A stretch of DNA of 64,000 nt, from positions 2,880,001 through 2,944,000 of the forward strand of contig CBDCWI010000002.1 in the NCBI GenBank assembly GCA_965223325.1, read 5' to 3'. Of this stretch, positions 59,141-64,000 are shown one piece after another. Source of the stretch: Candidatus Multivoradales bacterium. Its GTDB lineage: Bacteria; Acidobacteriota; Thermoanaerobaculia; Multivoradales; Multivoraceae. Positions within the stretch are counted from its first letter, which is position 1. Each line of letters starts with the position of its first letter. A program made the translations under genes and the position numbers. Below the pieces are notes generated by a model that ran no database searches, had not been told where the DNA came from, and was given only the letters and a program-made list of their open reading frames with translations.

Positions 59141-60250
59141 TTGGACTCGGCAACGCGCACGCTGATCGTTCTGGTCGTCGTCCTGGGCCTGGCGGCGGCG
59201 GCGCTGTTGCTTCTCGGGCCGCGAGTCGAGGAGGCCCGCGCCCCCAAACCGGTGGCCGCGTGGGTTGCGATTCAGCCTGAAGGAAGCGGCACCGCCATCG
59301 TCGGGCAGGTCGAACTGGACGCCGGTCAGAGCTTCGATCTGCACGCGGTGTGGGAGCTCGAAAGACCGAACGGCCAACGAATCTACATGACCGAAGCGAA
59401 AAGCCTCACCCTCGCAGACGGCGAGACGGTCCGAGCTGACGCACTGGTCCCATGGGACCCTCGAAAGCCTACTCGGGTGTTGTGGTTCACCGTCGAAGGC
59501 AAGGTGCCCTACCTGCCGGTCAAGAACGCAAGCGACCTCGAGCGGTTCGGCCTGACGTCCTACCTGCGCGCTGACTGGGGGGATCTTCCAACGGTGCGCG
59601 GCCGACTCGACTCCGATTTCAACCGCCAGCTAGAAGACGGTGAAGAAGAAGCGCGGCACTTCGGCACCCAGCGCTACCAGGTCTGGATCGAAACCTTCGC
59701 CAAGAAGCGCGATCCGATTGCCCTTACCAGCGATCGTTCACCGGGCCCGGAGGAAGCACTCGTCTCGACGGCTGGCTTCCCTTCTGTGGTCGTGCGGCTA
59801 CCGCCCCCGATGGGCGCGGTGTCTTCGGTGTTCGGTCTCACTCAGATCGACCCCCTCGCTCCGCTGCCTGAATCGGCACGGCAGAAGATCGACCGCCTCG
59901 AAGAAACGCGAGTGGCATTCACTTTCGAAGGAGCGATGCGAGAGACCCTCAACGAAACAGGGAAGGACATCGGATCCCTCGCCTGGGAAACGGTCGAACT
60001 GCCGAGTTCTTTGCGTTGGAACGCAACCGTTAAACCCGGCGACCTTCTGCAGTCGGGATCGCGTATCGTAATGCTCTACCAGGACGACAACGAGAACGGA
60101 ACGCTCGACGACGCTGACTACTGTCTCGACTTCGACAGCGGTGCCGCGATTCGCACCATCGAGTCGATCTTTGTCGGGGAGGGCGAACTCGAGTGGGCCA
60201 GGCTCCGAACCCAAGTGCGATCAAGCGACTCCCCCAATGACCCTCTTTGA
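59141..60250 (+). CDS. Membrane-anchored hypothetical protein
   Basis: N-terminal TM helix; EF-hand-like loop DDNENGTLDDAD; fills the gap between dsbD and rarA. Start uncertain. Confidence 0.72.
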   Translation: MDSATRTLIVLVVVLGLAAAALLLLGPRVEEARAPKPVAAWVAIQPEGSGTAIVGQVELDAGQSFDLHAVWELERPNGQRIYMTEAKSLTLADGETVRADALVPWDPRKPTRVLWFTVEGKVPYLPVKNASDLERFGLTSYLRADWGDLPTVRGRLDSDFNRQLEDGEEEARHFGTQRYQVWIETFAKKRDPIALTSDRSPGPEEALVSTAGFPSVVVRLPPPMGAVSSVFGLTQIDPLAPLPESARQKIDRLEETRVAFTFEGAMRETLNETGKDIGSLAWETVELPSSLRWNATVKPGDLLQSGSRIVMLYQDDNENGTLDDADYCLDFDSGAAIRTIESIFVGEGELEWARLRTQVRSSDSPNDPL

Positions 60251-61622
60251 CGACCTCGAGCCCGAACCGACGGGACCTGAAACGAAGCGAGCGGCGCCAA
60301 CGGCTCCCGCACCAGGCCACGACGCACCCCTCGCCGAGCGAATGCGACCACGGACCCTCGACGACGTCGTCGGGCAAGACAAGGTCGCTGGTCCGGACGG
60401 CTTTCTGCGACGTGCCGTTCTCACCGATCGCATTCCGTCGTTGATCTTCTGGGGGCCACCAGGGAGCGGCAAGACGACTCTCGCACGTATCATCGCCGGC
60501 CAGACGGGCCGACGTTTCGTTCCGTTCTCAGCTGTCACCTCTGGCATCAAGGAGATCAAGCAGGTCATGTCAGATGCCGAGCGACTGCGACGCGCCGGCA
60601 ACCCAGCTCCGCTTCTCTTCGTCGACGAGATTCACCGCTTCAACCGCGCGCAGCAAGATGCCTTCCTGCCCTACGTCGAAGCCGGGCACGTCGTGCTGGT
60701 CGGAGCAACGACCGAGAACCCGTCGTTCGAACTCAACGGCGCTCTGCTCTCGCGATGCCGAGTGGTGGTGCTCGATCCGCTCGACACCGATCACCTGGTT
60801 GCACTCCTCCAACGCGCCCTGGCCGACTCCGAGAGAGGTCTGGGAGATCGAACGGTGACCCTCAGCGACGGGGCGTTTTCCCAGATTGCGCAGCTGGCCT
60901 CGGGCGATGCCCGGCGCGCACTCAACCTGCTCGAGCAGCTGGTTTCCGATGCCACGGCGCGCCAGGTCTCTTCGGTCGACCAAGCGGCCGTTGTGGAGCT
61001 CGCCCAGCGCAAGGTCCTTCTGTACGACAAATCGGGAGAGGAGCACTTCAACCTCATCTCGGCGCTACACAAGTCTCTGCGCGAGAGCGATCCCGACGCA
61101 GCGGTGTACTGGTTGGTACGCATGCTCGACTCCGGCGAAGAACCGCTCTACGTTGCGCGGCGCATGGTGCGCTTTGCTAGCGAAGACATCGGCACCGCTG
61201 ACCCGCAGGCATTGCCACAGGCGCTGGCCGCCTGGGATGCCTTTCACCGTCTCGGCTCTCCCGAGGGTGACCTGGCGTTGGCGCAGTGCGCGATCTACCT
61301 GGCGCTCGCTCCCAAGAGCATCGCCACCTATCGCGCCTGGAAGGAGGCTCGCGTCGCCGTACGCGAACGACCTGCCGAGCCGGTACCCATGGCGATCCGC
61401 AACGCTCCGACCGAGCTCATGAAGAACGTTGGCTATGGTCGCGGTCATCGCTACGCACCCGAGACCGAGACCGGTGTCGGAGGCATGGAGTGCCTTCCCG
61501 ACGCTCTGTGTGGAACGCAGTTCTTTCGGCCAGCCGACAAGGGCTTTGAACGGCAACTCAAGAAGCGCCTCGAGATCGTTGCCGAGCGCCGGCGGCAAGC
61601 AAGGCTAGACCGGGATCCCTAG
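60237..61622 (+). CDS. rarA: Replication-associated recombination protein A (MgsA/RarA)
   Basis: PLAERMRP, WGPPGSGKTT, DEIHRFN..QQD, GATTENPSF, ISALHKS.R.SD, SEDIG.ADP. Confidence 0.96.
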   Translation: MTLFDDLEPEPTGPETKRAAPTAPAPGHDAPLAERMRPRTLDDVVGQDKVAGPDGFLRRAVLTDRIPSLIFWGPPGSGKTTLARIIAGQTGRRFVPFSAVTSGIKEIKQVMSDAERLRRAGNPAPLLFVDEIHRFNRAQQDAFLPYVEAGHVVLVGATTENPSFELNGALLSRCRVVVLDPLDTDHLVALLQRALADSERGLGDRTVTLSDGAFSQIAQLASGDARRALNLLEQLVSDATARQVSSVDQAAVVELAQRKVLLYDKSGEEHFNLISALHKSLRESDPDAAVYWLVRMLDSGEEPLYVARRMVRFASEDIGTADPQALPQALAAWDAFHRLGSPEGDLALAQCAIYLALAPKSIATYRAWKEARVAVRERPAEPVPMAIRNAPTELMKNVGYGRGHRYAPETETGVGGMECLPDALCGTQFFRPADKGFERQLKKRLEIVAERRRQARLDRDP

Positions 61623-61652
61623 CCCAGCCGCACCGGATCCCGACCGCACCTC

Positions 61653-64000
61653 CTAGGTCGGAACCGCGGCTTCCTGGAGTTCGGCCATCTTCGTCGCGAC
61701 GTCACGGTAGTTGGTGTTCATTCCGTAAAGGTCGACGAAGGCCTGGTAGGCGGCCTGGTTGTCGTTCTGCTCGATGTGGGTCATGGCGACCTCGTAGAGC
61801 ATTCCGAGTTCCTGCTCGCCTTCGAGAAGCCCTGAGTCGATGGCCTTGGTGTACCACTTCATGGCCAACTCAGGCAGGCCCTTCTCGCGGAAGCAAAGCC
61901 CGAGCATGGCGCAACAGTCGACGAGGTACGTCTCGTCCTTGGCCGCAATCTGGAACTCGCCGATGGCCTCGTCGAGCAGCATCATCTCGCGATAGGCGAT
62001 GCCGAGGTTGTAGTGGGTGTCGGCGTCTTCCTGGGAGAGGTTCTCGGCCACACCCTTCTTGAAGCCTTCCACGATGTCCTCGAGGCTCTGTTCCTCGGGT
62101 GTCATTGGAGCTGCCGCGGCCGGTGCGGCGAACTCTTCTTGAAGCTCCGCGGCGAGATCGAAGAGCGGCTTTTCGTCCTCGAACAGATCAGGGGCATCGC
62201 CGGCGGTCTCTTGAGCCTCGGTGGCCGGCTCATCGAGCCACGCAAGCCCAGCCGCTTCGACCGGTTGCGATTCGCCGTCAACGGAACCGTTCAGGGAGTC
62301 GAGACCGGAGGCACCGTTCGCCTCGATGTTGATCGCGCTGACATCCGACGCCATTGCGGCAGCGCCGACCTCTTCTTCGGCGGTGATCTCGGCATCGATT
62401 TCCGAGCCCAGCGCGGCCAGGTCGACGAGTCCTCCGCCCCCCGCTCCGGCGAGAGCACCTTCGCTGGCGGTTTCGGTTTCCGATTCGTCGTCGGCATCCA
62501 ATACCGCTCTACCAACCCCAGAGCCCCCTGGCAAGCCGACGACCCGTTCGCCTTCTATCTCGTAGCCCGAGTTGGCGAGGTCGGACTTGAGTTCTTCCCA
62601 GAGCTCCATGGCACCGGTCTCGCGAACGTCATCGTAGAGAGCGTTGAACAGCGGCTCGACCTTTGCGTGCTCACCTTCCTGAAGGTGAAGACGAATCAGC
62701 TGCGTTGCGGCGCCGAGATGTGACGGATCCAGACGAAGCACTTCTTCGAGCCGATCCACCGCCTTGGCCGCAAGGCCGTACTTGACGAAGACCTCGGCTT
62801 CAGCGAGCAGGTCGTTGACGACCTTGAGCTCGTCTGGAATCTGAGCGGCGGCGGCGGCACCACTGTCGATGACCGGCGTCTCCTGCTCGAGGTTGTCCGC
62901 GGCGACCTGCGCTGGATCCGTCTCGGCCGAACCACCGCCAAGCGGGATCGGGGCACTCGGCGGAAGGCTGGTGTCCTCAAACTCGATGTCATCGAGCACG
63001 ATCTCGTCGGCCGCTGCCGTTACCTGGGAGTCGCGCAGATCGATCTCCGCCAGATCACCGAGATCGAGGTCGCCAATGTCTACAGCGTCTCCGGCGCTAG
63101 TGACTTCGGGCGCGGTCTCGAAGCCACCGCTGATCTCCGGCAATGGTTCGAGCTCGGCCGCTTCAACCAGCGGCGACTCGACTTCCGGCGCGTCGACCGC
63201 CGGGGCTTCGATGACCACCGCCTCCTCATCGACAACCGACACTTCAGGAAGGCTCGCCTCCAGCTGATCCTGGACCGCTTCAACCGACAGGCCGGACGAT
63301 GATGGATCGGGGACTTCGTCGAGAAGAATCTCGCCGTCGTCGCTCATTTCGAAGCCGCCACTGTTCGCCGCGAGATCGAGAGCACCGTGATCAGATGGCC
63401 GCCCGCTGGTCTCCGGGTTCTCCGGAACGAACTCGAAGCCGGGAGCGCGCGAGTGCATCTCCTCGAGCTCGCCTGTACTCATCCCGGGAGCCGCAGATGC
63501 CGCCATGTCGGGTGGCGGCTCGACTCGGCTGCCGGGTGTCTCTTCGGTGTCGTTGAACTCGATGACGAAGTCGCCCAGCTCGGCGTCGGTCTCGAGGGAA
63601 ACGGCTTCGTCACCCGGCAACGGTGCCTCGATTGAAGTGTCGGACTCGGAAGTCTCCGCGGCCAGTACGTCGGGTGCGGTATCGAAGTCACCCATCGGAG
63701 CGGCGGCAGGCGGATCGATCATGCTCTCGTCAAACGAAAGCGCCGCACCTTCACCGGTGATTTCCGTGCCAACGAGATCGTCGTCGGTAACAGCTTCGAC
63801 AGTGGAACCCAGGCCGGTTGCGGTGAGCGAATCGCCCGGCACGAGATCACCAGGACCCTCGGCCGAACTCGCCTCGAGCGCGTCGGGGCCATCCTGGCCA
63901 ATGAGCTCGAAACCGCCCGTGTTGGCACCCGGCAGGTCCCGAGCCGTCGCCGGCACCTCCGGAGCGCCGCCGAGGCTTTGGCGAGCGGCCGGCGGATCGA
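61653..64000 (-). CDS. Large acidic TPR protein (FimV/SgmX-like polar landmark type); 5' end outside the window
   Basis: Long Asp/Glu-rich linker, EAEVFVKYGL..KA, C-terminal DADTHYNLGIAYREM.LLDEAI.EFQ TPRs, YRDV. Confidence 0.8.
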   Translation of the reverse strand, partial: DPPAARQSLGGAPEVPATARDLPGANTGGFELIGQDGPDALEASSAEGPGDLVPGDSLTATGLGSTVEAVTDDDLVGTEITGEGAALSFDESMIDPPAAAPMGDFDTAPDVLAAETSESDTSIEAPLPGDEAVSLETDAELGDFVIEFNDTEETPGSRVEPPPDMAASAAPGMSTGELEEMHSRAPGFEFVPENPETSGRPSDHGALDLAANSGGFEMSDDGEILLDEVPDPSSSGLSVEAVQDQLEASLPEVSVVDEEAVVIEAPAVDAPEVESPLVEAAELEPLPEISGGFETAPEVTSAGDAVDIGDLDLGDLAEIDLRDSQVTAAADEIVLDDIEFEDTSLPPSAPIPLGGGSAETDPAQVAADNLEQETPVIDSGAAAAAQIPDELKVVNDLLAEAEVFVKYGLAAKAVDRLEEVLRLDPSHLGAATQLIRLHLQEGEHAKVEPLFNALYDDVRETGAMELWEELKSDLANSGYEIEGERVVGLPGGSGVGRAVLDADDESETETASEGALAGAGGGGLVDLAALGSEIDAEITAEEEVGAAAMASDVSAINIEANGASGLDSLNGSVDGESQPVEAAGLAWLDEPATEAQETAGDAPDLFEDEKPLFDLAAELQEEFAAPAAAAPMTPEEQSLEDIVEGFKKGVAENLSQEDADTHYNLGIAYREMMLLDEAIGEFQIAAKDETYLVDCCAMLGLCFREKGLPELAMKWYTKAIDSGLLEGEQELGMLYEVAMTHIEQNDNQAAYQAFVDLYGMNTNYRDVATKMAELQEAAVPT

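Noticed and set aside
61900-64000. Repetitive-looking acidic sequence as a possible tandem repeat or array
   Set aside because: It is low-complexity Asp/Glu/Ala coding sequence with no fixed-period repeat unit.

Overview
High-GC bacterial chromosomal window that looks like Acidobacteriota, probably Thermoanaerobaculia-like. This is inferred from the acidobacterial-type VWA protein, the 'IFADGFESG' C-terminus and the 'LCL..RF.V..FWVF' C-terminal domain. It has about 46 CDS. Housekeeping genes include ligA (partial), ndk, sucCD, icd and rarA. The rest are mostly envelope or secreted proteins: alpha-2-macroglobulin, M1/M10/M50 peptidases, TlpA, DsbD, LysM and a beta-helix protein. No rRNA, tRNA, CRISPR array, transposase or prophage was seen. 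Features the ORF track misses: (1) a CxxU Rdx/SelW-type selenoprotein split at an in-frame UGA, followed by a SECIS-like hairpin and lying just upstream of ligA; (2) a +1 frameshift that separates the canonical 'LRALGYIE' tail from an alkaline-phosphatase-superfamily gene; (3) a CTAG-bounded 85-bp MITE-like element and a second repeat-bounded intergenic element; (4) a duplicated 3' gene end differing only at synonymous positions; (5) a class-II Crp/Fnr-type box inside the regulator's own 3' end; (6) many apparently leaderless genes; (7) several catalytically degenerate enzymes. All calls come from motif recognition by eye; no database search was run.
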